A stretch of DNA of 63,013 bases, the filler included, from Octopus bimaculoides (Eukaryota), in the NCBI RefSeq assembly GCF_001194135.2. It is 5 parts of 3 records of this genome, joined end to end, with 100 filler letters (N's around TTAATTAATTAA, not from the genome) between each part and the next. Parts side by side here need not be neighbours in the genome. Positions count along the whole stretch, not along the records: positions 35,732 to 46,675 come from NC_068981.1; positions 46,776 to 61,695 come from NC_068990.1; 3 more parts are not named here. The stretch is one strand, 5' to 3'. The notes beneath the pieces are model-generated. The model was not told the origin of the DNA. It saw only the letters and a list, made by a program, of their open reading frames with translations, and did no database searches. Shown one piece after another: positions 39,342-50,529 of the stretch. How positions within the stretch are numbered: position 1 is the stretch's first letter; every line of letters begins with the position of its first letter. The translations under genes were made by a program, and so were the position numbers.

Positions 39342-39343
<2 letters not shown>
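39157..39343. mobile_element. 187-bp interspersed unit, copy 2
   Basis: Near-identical to 23238-23424. Confidence 0.8.
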
Positions 39344-39375
<32 letters not shown>

Positions 39376-39582
39376 GTATATATGTGTGTAATAAAATATT
39401 TCTTCTTAGAAGTTAGGGCCCAGCTGGGTGATATAACTTTCCATATGAATGCAAAATCGTTTCCAGTACTCACACACAAAATTTTATTTTAATACTTTAT
39501 TTATTTATTTATTTATTATTGTTTCTGTTGTTGCTGTTGTTATTATTGTTGTAGTTCTTGTTATTATTATTATTATTATTGT

Positions 39583-39735
39583 TCAGTAGTTTTATTTTTA
39601 TAACGTGCTTTCACTTCACTACCGAGCGCAGCTCTGTGTGCCTTGGGTATATGCTGTGGTTTGCTGTTGTATTGAAAGTGTTTTGCGTAGGATGTGTGCA
39701 GTGCCTAGTAGTGCAATTTTCTGTATGTTATATAT
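39583..39735 (-). mobile_element. R4/Dong-type LINE 3' end (subfamily A), between (TAA)n tracts
   Basis: Minus strand YNIQKIALLGTAHILRKTLSIQ plus 3'UTR cacagagctgcgctcggtagtgaagtgaaagcacgttataaaaataaaactactgaac(aat)n, the same end as 47700-47870. Confidence 0.9.
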
Positions 39736-39746
39736 TATTATTATTA

Positions 39747-39811
<65 letters not shown>

Positions 39812-39835
39812 ATTATTATTAATATTATTATTATT

Positions 39836-39880
<45 letters not shown>

Positions 39881-39881
<1 letters not shown>

Positions 39882-40112
39882 TATATTCGACTTTCGCTTT
39901 GTATTTGTACAAGTTCTCTCCAAGTCTCGGCCAGGGACCTCAAGGGACAACAAGTTAGAAAGAAGTTCAAGTTGGTGCCTTATATTTGGTTTTACATAAG
40001 GTATTGTTCTAGAGAATATTTGAGAAAACATAAGAAAATTATACGTTTGTTTTGAAATTTCAGATTATATAGACAGCATTTTACGAAGGATATGGGCATT
40101 ATCATTTGAATT
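39881..40112 (-). mobile_element. R4/Dong-type LINE 3' end (different subfamily)
   Basis: Minus strand gcccatatccttcgtaaaatgctgtctatataa = AHILRKMLSI*, a distinct 3'UTR, then (TAA)n. Confidence 0.7.
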
Positions 40113-40182
40113 TCTGATTGTTGCTGTTGTTGTTATTGTTGTTGTTGTTGTTATTATTATAATAATTATTATTATTATTGTT

Positions 40183-40255
40183 CTACCGAGCGCAGCTCTG
40201 TGCGCCTTGGGTATGTGCTGTGGTTTGCTGTGGTGCTCTTATGTTTACTGTATTG

Positions 40256-40260
<5 letters not shown>
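40183..40260 (-). mobile_element. 78-bp R4/Dong subfamily A 3' fragment between (TTA)n tracts
   Basis: Matches 47755-47832 in reverse complement. Confidence 0.85.
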
Positions 40261-40323
<63 letters not shown>

Positions 40324-40866
40324 GTTAGTCTACTGCAACATTTCCCTGGTACAAAGGTTATCGAGTTATCAAAGACAAAGTCGACCCTAGTAGTTTGTGA
40401 ACAAAGAACAGAAAGACTCCTGCATAAACACTGAAAAAAACTGTATCTTCTCTGGCAGCCTTTAAACTTAATCTTAATATGATATCATCAGTTTCGTGAT
40501 AGAGTATTAAATATCGAACGTTCAAGATGGATTACATACATGAATAACAACTGCAAATTAGACTTCTTTTCATTTAATTGTGAATCGCAAACATTTCGTA
40601 GTGTATTTATGTACCTGTGTGCCTATTTGTCTGCACGTTTGCATTCTGTGTGTGCGCATGTATATTTAGATATATGTATGTATATATGTATGCATGTATG
40701 TATGTATGTATGTATGTATGTATGTATGTGCATTCCTTGATAAACATGTATTGATTAATGTCTTTCACATGAGGAAAACAAATGCATTTTTTAGTTGGTG
40801 TTATGAATTCTAGTAGAAAAGACAGTTCGATATGCAGATGTTTTTTACATACATACATACACACAG

Positions 40867-40907
<41 letters not shown>

Positions 40908-41793
40908 NNNNNNNNNNNNNNNNNNNNNNNNNNNNNNNNNNNNNNNNNNNNNNNNNNNNNNNNNNNNNNNNNNNNNNNNNNNNNNNNNNNNNNNNNNNNN
41001 NNNNNNNNNNNNNNNNNNNNNNNNNNNNNNNNNNNNNNNNNNNNNNNNNNNNNNNNNNNNNNNNNNNNNNNNNNNNNNNNNNNNNNNNNNNNNNNNNNNN
41101 NNNNNNNNNNNNNNNNNNNNNNNNNNNNNNNNNNNNNNNNNNNNNNNNNNNNNNNNNNNNNNNNNNNNNNNNNNNNNNNNNNNNNNNNNNNNNNNNNNNN
41201 NNNNNNNNNNNNNNNNNNNNNNNNNNNNNNNNNNNNNNNNNNNNNNNNNNNNNNNNNNNNNNNNNNNNNNNNNNNNNNNNNNNNNNNNNNNNNNNNNNNN
41301 NNNNNNNNNNNNNNNNNNNNNNNNNNNNNNNNNNNNNNNNNNNNNNNNNNNNNNNNNNNNNNNNNNNNNNNNNNNNNNNNNNNNNNNNNNNNNNNNNNNN
41401 NNNNNNNNNNNNNNNNNNNNNNNNNNNNNNNNNNNNNNNNNNNNNNNNNNNNNNNNNNNNNNNNNNNNNNNNNNNNNNNNNNNNNNNNNNNNNNNNNNNN
41501 NNNNNNNNNNNNNNNNNNNNNNNNNNNNNNNNNNNNNNNNNNNNNNNNNNNNNNNNNNNNNNNNNNNNNNNNNNNNNNNNNNNNNNNNNNNNNNNNNNNN
41601 NNNNNNNNNNNNNNNNNNNNNNNNNNNNNNNNNNNNNNNNNNNNNNNNNNNNNNNNNNNNNNNNNNNNNNNNNNNNNNNNNNNNNNNNNNNNNNNNNNNN
41701 NNNNNNNNNNNNNNNNNNNNNNNNNNNNNNNNNNNNNNNNNNNNNNNNNNNNNNNNNNNNNNNNNNNNNNNNNNNNNNNNNNNNNNNNNNNNN

Positions 41794-41839
<46 letters not shown>

Positions 41840-42367
41840 CGTTTGTGTGTGTGTGTTGTGTATGTATATATATTTTTTTACGTACGTATATGCGCATAGA
41901 TATTATATATTTTATATATATATATGCTTGCGATCTTGTTTCAAGTCACACAGACACACAGACAGACAGAGAAGCAGACAGACATACACAGACACAGACG
42001 CACACAATGCGATGTTTGCCTGTTCGTGACTGGAAATTCAAAGAATAGGTTTCGTTCATGCAAAGTGTCAGTGTTGATATCCACGCAGATATATTAGAGT
42101 AATAAATATTGAGTGTTGTATTGAGAAAAGTACATAGTATTTATGCGCATAATAATAATGATAAATAATTTAATGAATAAAGCTGTTTGATTGTAAGGAT
42201 TAAAAACGATTTAAATCATTTGATAGATTTGGAACCTATTGCAAGTGAGTGATTAGTGCTGATTGATTAATGGTACGGTGGAACAGAGCATTGTGAGGAA
42301 ACGCTAAATATTGGGACATGAACGACTGAGGAGAATTTGTATGAAGTCAACCAGTTAGAGAATCAGA

Positions 42368-44428
42368 GAATCGGTAGCAGGCAGGAGTCCAGTGAAAGTA
42401 AATCTGGATAAGTGAATATAATAATAGGGGAAGAATATAATAATAGAGAGCAATTACAGAATTAACAGGAACCATAAAAAATTAGATCCTACTTACAATT
42501 TCTTTCATTGATTATTGCTTGGAAATGTTTAATGATATATTATTTTCAAATTCAGAGAATTATTATCACGGTATAAAAGTCAGAGATCTAACAATTTGCT
42601 TGTGGATCAGAGAATGGAGCCTATAATTTGATCACAATTCATCGAGCGGGTCTTGTCTGGATACGGCAAGTTTATATGTGTATAATTATAAAAGCAGTTG
42701 AAAAGTTACAGAAGATGTAAAATATTCTACCCATGAACATCTCTTATTTCGTATCCAAACAACGTCTTCCTACCGTGATTGTGCATTTTTAAATTGCTAC
42801 GCTGTAATTTGACGGATGGTTAACTGCTATCTCATGTAGAGGAAGAGACCACACATGCTAACTTGCATTACTAGGAAAGATTATTTCGTTTGCGTATATT
42901 TTTGGTGTAGCACGTGAACACTCTTTGTTTGAAACATATTTCAACGGATATAAATTGATAGAAATGATCACACTGAAACTAATTCAGTGAATTCTCTTTA
43001 TGGAGTAATGAAATAAAATAAGGACTTAACCAAATAATTACCACTTGGGAATGTAGTGTAACAGCAAAGTTATGGAAAGGAATAGATATTAAACAAAGGT
43101 AGAAAGTCACATCCAAGGATTGCATTTGCAAAAGTCAGTTTTCGAAGAGGTATAATTCATTTCACTCCAAATATAAGGATTATAAATATATTTCTACAAT
43201 AAAATGACGCCAAGCCATGACAACACAGACAACATGAATTATTCAAAAACTTATGGTGCATGGATATCCTTGGGTAATTAATCATTTTCTGTCATAACCA
43301 CAAGTTAATTAATGTCTTTTGAATGAGATTTGGTTGGGAAAGGTTGTGTCTAAGTATTTACCACAACTAAAAAGTTAATGAATCGGTAACAGGGTGTATT
43401 GCATCATGGTCGGAGTCTAATGAAAGTAAATTAGGGTAAGTGAATATGATAATACAGATACAGGAACTAGAGAGCAATTACAGAATTAACAGGAACGAAG
43501 AGAAATTAGGTTCCATTTACAATTTTTATGACTGATAATTATCAGTCAAAGTAATTGATTGGAATCAGTTTCAAATATTTGGCAAAAGGCCAGCAATATT
43601 GGTGTGTGGATTCCATTACTCAACTGGTACGTATTTGATTGACCCCAAAAGATGAAACTTTACCTCAGAAGGTAAAGGCAAAATATTACTATGTATTTTT
43701 TTATCCAGAGCGGGAAAGATTTTACCAGCTCGCCGTCTTAAAGATATATAAATATATTACTTAATTATGGATATTTTTCTGCAATAACATGACGCCATTT
43801 TAAACATTCAAATAACTGCGGGAGACTTCTGGAACGTACGCTCTATATTTCAACAGGTAGATGAGTGAGAGAGGCGGGGAGGGGGGAATAATACTCTTAA
43901 GAATAAGTTCCTTGGAGGCATAGTTAACAGACAATTTTCGTTAGCGAACATTTGAACGTAAACATTATAGTGTATTATAGTAGTACTGCTTTTCCATGGT
44001 GCCATTTTGTCTAATTGTATAATGAAATAAATGGTTAATGCTAATGGGATCACTGTTGCTATTTTCCCGTTTTTAAATCGCCACCAGAATAGGTTTTACT
44101 TTCACGTCTTAAATCAGTCATAGTCAATTATATATAGTCCGTTTTCAACATTTATAGGTCAACTTTTAAACATTTATAGAGCATATTTTAAGCATTTATA
44201 GAACAACATGCATTATTCACAAACTTTTCGTACCTGAAGCTCCTTGGGTACTTAATTGTTTTCTGCTTTAACCTCGAGTTAATCAATGTCTTACGAAAGG
44301 GATTTTGATGGGAGAAATTGTGTGAATAATTACCACACCTAGACAATTATTGAATCGGTAAGAGGCAACACTCAAACATGGTTGGAGTCTAGTGAAAGTA
44401 AATCAGAGTAAGGGAATATAATAATACG
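42368..44428. repeat. Degenerate local triplication (units near 42368-42516, 43185-43540, 44200-44428)
   Basis: Shared blocks gaatcggta, ggagtc(c/t)a(g/a)tgaaagtaaat, (g/a)taag(t/g)gaatat and agagagcaattacagaattaacaggaac (units A and B). Units B and C also share acaacatg.attattca.aaactt...ccttgggta. Confidence 0.8.
43565..43734 (-). mobile_element. CORE-domain SINE, degenerate
   Basis: aactggtac...tgaccccaaaagatgaaa...ttaccagctcgcc. Confidence 0.6.
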
Positions 44429-44538
44429 AATATAAACAATCCAAAGCTTATATGAAAAGTCTAAATATAACTGGTGACATCTATGTAAGGTATTACTCCA
44501 ATACAGCCTGAACCAGCTTAAATTTCAAAAAAGAAATA

Positions 44539-45100
44539 CAGTAATGCCTCACCTTATGAGGACACGCTTTACGAGATCCCAGATTTACGAGTTTTATTTT
44601 TCAAGCACAAGGTCCAAATGTTGAACGAAGTGCAAAACTTTCTACTAACATTACAAATGCTTTTGCGTGTCAATGAGAAATGTATAGAGATCGAAAGAAA
44701 GCCTCCTCTAAGCTAGCAACTCTAGACTTGGTTTTTAAAAAGAAATCTACAATTCCGCCTACGTGTGCTTGTGAATCGGTGATCGCGTCTCCAAGTGATA
44801 GTGTGCCCGACTGTAATGCGAGTGAAAGTGATTCAGAAAGCGATTATGATAATAATATTTTTTTCTAATATAAATAATCTTGATATTCCATATACTTTAT
44901 ATAAAATATTCTTCACTTACTACTGTTGTTTTATTGTCATTTATTTACGAATATTATAAATTTTACAGGTAAAATATTTTTGGGGAACGAATTACGATTT
45001 ATAACATTGCTACCATGGGAAACAATTGCTCTGTTTTACGAGTTTTTCGCTTTATGAGCAGTCTCCGTGTACAAATTACCTTATACATCAAGGCATTATA
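44539..45100 (+). mobile_element. pogo/Tigger-like non-autonomous DNA transposon
   Basis: Starts TA|cagtaatgcctc and ends ...aaggcatta, with subterminal ttacgag repeats. Remnant YRDRKKASSKLATLDLVFKK followed by an acidic tail resembles a Tigger transposase C-terminus. Confidence 0.55.
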
Positions 45101-45709
45101 TAAAATTCTCTCTCTTATTTTGCCTCATGTTGACTATCTTTTGCAACTATTTTATCTCTCACTTAAACCATAATTCATCTTTGATAACATTATCTAAAGT
45201 GCCTATTAGTAGGGGGTTATCATAAATAGCAGATGTGGCTACTATTTTTAGCGTAGGAAATTATTATAAAGAGCTTTGTCATTTCGCATAGTATAATGGA
45301 AAATATCTACAAGGTAGATGAAACTTTACCAAGCTATTTCATTTTTTTATATCTGGAAACACAAGGATAATGAGCCACAAGCTCGAGAATGTTTTCACTG
45401 AAATCATGAAATACGAAACCGCTTTATCAGCAGTGGCGATGCGTGCTGCAACATTTCCGCTACACACTGTATCTAAAGACGGGCAGTAAATAAGACGAAA
45501 TATTAGCTTACCTACAGATAAAAATTAGTACAGATTATTTTGGAATAGAGTTTTTAGAAGATTAGCCGATATATTTAGATAAGGATTAGAGTTTCAAGGG
45601 CATTAGCAACCGATAACAGAATGAAGCGTGCTGAAGAGTGTATTTTAAATTTATAAGTGTTTTCTAATATTACTATCTATGTACTCTAATTATCGTAAAT
45701 AAGAATGCG

Positions 45710-45895
45710 TTCAAATTTTGGAACCTGCCCAGCAATTTTATGGATTGTGATGGTCGATTGCTTGCACCCCACTAGTCAACTGGCACTTAATTTATCCATA
45801 CCAAAATTAGGAAGGGTCGAAGTCCACTTCAGTAGTATTTGAAGTTAGAAAGTAAAAAACGGAAGAAATGCAGATAACCATTCGGTCAAATGTGC
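45710..45895 (-). mobile_element. CORE-domain SINE, degenerate
   Basis: tagtcaactggcacttaatttatc...ggaagggtcgaagtccac. Confidence 0.55.
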
Positions 45896-46260
45896 TTACG
45901 ATTTTGCCAACATAAAACCCCGTAAAACATCATTTACTCTCAGGGCAACCCACTGAATATACAGAGATGTTTTCAGGGGTGTGAAGTAACATTTGTGATA
46001 CATGGAACTTCTGCATGTATATAAAACCATTGGCAAACACATTTTCAACCTCAATACTAAAGATTTTAGAAAAAAAATTAGAATGAAAGTATATGCTCTT
46101 CTCATATTACCTTTAAACTTGATATCTTCCTCTTTTTTTTTTCAGATAACTAAAGTAATATTTAGAATCATAAATCTCCTAAACCTATCCTAATCAATCT
46201 GAGAGATACAGTTCTATATTAAAGAGATGGGGAATTATGTTCATTATTGTTGTTAACATA

Positions 46261-46353
46261 TGCCATATGGCATAGTTGTTAAAAGCACGGGCTACTAACC
46301 CCAAGATTCCGAGTTCGATTCCAGGCATGAATAATAATAATAATAATAATAAC

Positions 46354-46391
<38 letters not shown>
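46261..46391 (+). mobile_element. ~70-bp tRNA-derived head directly followed by (TAA)n: minimal SINE
   Basis: A-box-like tggcatagttgtt, anticodon arm ggg-ctACTaa-ccc, B-box gagttcgattcc. Acceptor and T stems do not pair. Confidence 0.7.
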
Positions 46392-46411
<20 letters not shown>

Positions 46412-46675
46412 GACTATAAAAAGGCCTTTGATAGCCTACCACATAGCTGGATTAGGAAATGTCTGGAAATGTATAAAATAGCTCCTACTCTGCGAAGCTT
46501 TTTATCTGTAAGTATGAGATCATGGAGAACCACACTGATGTTGAACAATGACAATGAATCTCTAAATGCTGGAGATGTAAGAATTTCATGTGGCATTTTC
46601 CAGGGTGACTCAAAATTGCTCAATGATGCACAGTATGGTTATAAAATATTTAATAAAAATATAAATCATCTCATT
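46391..46675 (+). mobile_element. R4/Dong-type LINE RT fragment, 5'-truncated at (TAA)n
   Basis: IDYKKAFDSLPHSWIRKCLEMYKI...GIFQGDS...NINHL; cut by a scaffold join. Confidence 0.9.
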
Positions 46676-47217
46676 NNNNNNNNNNNNNNNNNNNNNNNNN
46701 NNNNNNNNNNNNNNNNNNNTTAATTAATTAANNNNNNNNNNNNNNNNNNNNNNNNNNNNNNNNNNNNNNNNNNNNGTGGTGACAAAAACAGGACAGTGAG
46801 AATCCTGTTTTTGTTTTTTATGATCTCATTTGTTTACGTTTTTTAACGTTCTGTACCCACATATGCATGTGTATATACATATATGATATATGTAGGTATG
46901 TACATATACGTATGTATATATGCATATATATATATATATATATATATATTATTTATATTATTATATGATCGAACGCCACGCATTCATTCCCAAGTAAGTT
47001 TTATCTATATATATACATATATACACACATACATATATGTCTGTATCTGTGTGTGTGTGTGTGTGTGTATGTGTGTGTGTGTGTGTGTGTTTCCTGCATG
47101 AAGAAATACAAGACCTGTCTCAGTGTGGATGGACTCTGAGAAAGTAACGTCATCCAAATAGTATTTCTGCATTAGTATTGCCGATGGAGTTATCACCAGT
47201 CAGAAGAGCAGTATCAA

Positions 47218-47869
47218 TGACAAGAAACAATAAATCATATTATCTCTGGCTGCCCAGTCCTGGCTAAGAAGGAATATATTCACAGACACGACAGAGCTGG
47301 GACCTATATACACTGGAAGCTATGCCAACACTATGGAATAACAACAGAAAGAAGATGGTATAAACACACGCCAGAAAAGGTCACAGAAAACGAGAAAGCA
47401 ACCATACTCTGGGATATGCCAATACACACAGATAGAGAAATTAAGGCAAATAGACCAGATATAGTTGTCAAAGATCATGAAGAAAAAAAATGCTTTCTAA
47501 TTGATGTATCAATACCAGCAGATGACAACGTTTCTCTAAAAGAAATGGAAAAACTTTCAAAATACAAAGACCTGGAAATAGAGATAACTCGAATGTAGAA
47601 TCTAAAAACAGAAACAATTCCTATCATAGTAGGTGCCTTGGGTATAATAAAAAAATATTCAGACAAATACATAACAAAAACACCAGGACTTACAAATATA
47701 TATAACATACAGAAAATTGCACTACTGGGTACTGCACACATTCTACGCAAAACACTTTCAATACAGTAAACATAAGAGCACCACAGCAAACCACAGCACA
47801 TACCCAAGGCGCACAGAGCTGCGCTCGGTAGTGAAGTGAAAGCACGTTATAAAAATAAAACTACTGAAC

Positions 47870-47905
<36 letters not shown>
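47218..47905 (+). mobile_element. R4/Dong-type LINE 3' part (zinc-knuckle remnant + RLE), subfamily A, (TAA)n tail
   Basis: TINHIISGCPVLAKKEYIHRHD...IHWKLC...ILWDMPIHTDREIKANRPDIVVKD...LIDVSIP.D...KEMEKLSKYKDLEIE...GALG...TAHILRKTLSIQ*. Confidence 0.92.
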
Positions 47906-47906
<1 letters not shown>

Positions 47907-50150
47907 TGCAATATAGTTGAAGAAAGTCACGGAAGGAGTAGTGAGTGCGAAGCAACCAGATTTAAAACAAACTAGTACATTGAGTAAAGTGTTAGGAAAA
48001 ATGCCGAACTGGAGGGGCCCAGGACCAGATTTATATCAAAGGTACTGGTTACAGAAATTTAGTAGCATACATGAGAGGTTGAGAGAACAACTTCAGGATT
48101 GCCTGAATTGAGGAATAATACCAGATTAGATGACTAGAGGAGAACAGTATTCCTTTTGAAACACAAAGGCAATGGTAATACAGCTAGAAATTATAGACCA
48201 ATCACTTCCTTACCATTAGTGTGGAAGCTGTTAACAGGATGCTTTCAAAAAGCATTTGCAAGCACCTTGACAGCCAGAATTTCCTGCTAGAAAAACAGAA
48301 AGGTTGCATAAAGAAGGCTGGAGGAAATCATGACCTATTATGCATAGACAAAGCTGTAAATGAAGTAAAAGCAAGAAGGAAAAATTTAACACTAGCATGA
48401 ATAGATTATAAGAAAGCCTATGACATGATCCCATACTCATGGATAAGTTAATGTTTGAGTATATTCAGTATTGCAGACAACATAAGAGAATTAATTAGCT
48501 TTAGCATGAAGAAATGGTAAGTAGATCTCTACTCAGGTGACAGTCTTAGGGAAAGTTAACATTAAAAGAGGAATTTTTCAAGGAATCTCGTTCAGTTTAG
48601 TATTAAGAAAGGCAAAGGCAGGGTATCAGTTCAGAAATAGTAAAAGAAAAATTAACCTTTACTATTTACTCTGCATGGGTGTTCTGAAACTTTTTAGCAA
48701 GAATGAAAAATAGATGGATTTCTTGATACAAACTGTAAGACTTTTCAGTAAAGATATAGGTATGGAATTTGGCACAAATAAATGTGCAATATTAGGCATT
48801 AGAAGGGAACAGGTAGGTAACAGTGACGACAACCAATTTTCAGATGACCAGACCTTGAAATCATTGAAAGAAAGAGAGAGTTATAAATATCGAGGAGTAT
48901 TAGTACCTGAAAGAGTACTAACTATAAAAATGAAAACGAAAATTGAGAAGGAGTTCATCAGAAGGGTGAGGAATGTATTGAATTCAAAGCTAGATGGTCT
49001 GAATCTAGTGTAGGCTGTAAATACTTGGGCAGTGTCATTACTTAGGTACTCAACAGCTTTTCTAGATTGGACAAAATCTGAATTAGCAAAGCTAGACATA
49101 AGATCTGGGAAGGAATTCAATATGAATGGAGGACTCCACTCCAGAGCAGGAGTAGCAAGGTTATATTTATCTAGAATGGAAGGCATAAGAGGGTTAATAT
49201 CACTAAAAAGACTGCGTGGAGTTAGCTAGAGTAGATATAGACCCCTATGTAGATAATAGTGAAGAAGGTTTATTAAGAGCTGCTATATTTACCGCAGGAC
49301 ATCGTCAACCAAAATGCGAAATGGAGTTAAAAACCAGGAAAAAGAGCAAAAGTTATCTGACTGGCAGGAGAAGGCTTTACATGTTAGATTGCCAAAGATA
49401 GTTGCAGCAAATAATTACAGAAAAGAAAGCTGAAAAGGGAGACAGAAAGTTTGTTAGTAGCAGCACAAGATCAAGCATTAAGGATTGATTGGCTCAAAGA
49501 TAAGACAGGCAAAAACCAAGTAAATTCCCAATGTAGGTGATGCAAATCAAAAGAGGAAATTGTTACTCATACGGTAAGTCAATGTAGCATGCTGGCACAG
49601 AAAGAATGCAAGAAAAGACGACAACCTAGGGTGAGCAATCCACTGGGAGTGACATAGAATGCTAGATTTGACCATAATGATAAATAGTATGAACATGAAC
49701 CTAGTAATGTACTAAAAAGTAAGAAATACAAGTTGTTGTGGGATTTAGACACTCAGCCTGACAGAGTAATAGAAGCTAGAATGCCTGATTTAGTAGTAGT
49801 AGATAAAGAGAATAGAAAACGCCAGATAATTGACTATACAGTCTCAAATGATGAAAAATCAAAATGAGAGGTATAGAAAAAATAGCAGAGTATCAGGACC
49901 TAGGCATTGAATTATAAAGAGTATGGGAAGTGCAGGCAAAATGTATCCCAGTAGTTATAGGTGCATTAGGAACTATCCCTAAAGATTTGAACAGATGGAA
50001 AGAGGAAATAGGCATAAAACCCAGTTTATTACAGTTCCAGAACATAGTGTTATTAAGTACAGCTAGGATACTTAGGTGAGTTCTTGGCATCTAAGGTTAC
50101 TTGTTGTAACCCGATGTTAGGATTTATTATTTTCAACAGTCAAATCTGTT
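47906..50150 (+). mobile_element. R4/Dong-type LINE RT-to-RLE remnant, subfamily B
   Basis: NWRGPGPD, NYRPITSL, IDYKKAYDMIP, IKRGIFQG, NKCA, AVNTWAV, AAQDQAL, PDLVVVDK, YQDLGIEL...VVIGALG; many stops and frameshifts. Confidence 0.9.
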
Positions 50151-50159
50151 ATGCGTATA

Positions 50160-50527
50160 TGTATAGTTGTTCCACATTCATGGATACTGGAATATCTCCA
50201 CACAAATAAGGTAGCTCCACCACTACTAAAATATATTAAACATGCAATAGCTAACTGGAAAACAAGTATAACATTAAAAGAAATGACTCAGAAGCTATTA
50301 AAACCTACCCTATACCCATAAGAAGAGAGCATTTCCAGAGAGACTCTCCTGGCCCCACTAACAAACTTTTTAAACGAAATCACCATGGGTTATAGGTGTT
50401 ATGGACAAAAAGTATACAATCTCCTCTACATGGATGACCTAAAATTTTACCCTAAAAGCACCATGGAACAGAGAAACCTTATCAAACGTGTTCAGAGTTT
50501 CAGCAATGATATCGGAATGAGCATAGG
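50160..50527 (+). mobile_element. Short R4/Dong-type RT fragment
   Basis: GYRCYGQKVYNLLYMDDLKFYPKS...DIGMSIGLDKCA. Confidence 0.8.
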
Positions 50528-50529
50528 GC

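Noticed and set aside
39540-40330. Repeat-spacer-like alternation resembling a CRISPR array
   Set aside because: The repeats are variable-length (TAA)n and the spacers are LINE 3' ends; eukaryotic context, no cas genes.
115-41899. Long ORFs rich in YI/HT/CV/ER/X, poly-I, poly-L, poly-N or poly-H
   Set aside because: They are translations of di- and trinucleotide microsatellites and N runs; no domain content.
46261-46330. tRNA-Ser(ACT) gene
   Set aside because: Acceptor and T stems do not pair and it runs into (TAA)n; treated as a SINE head.
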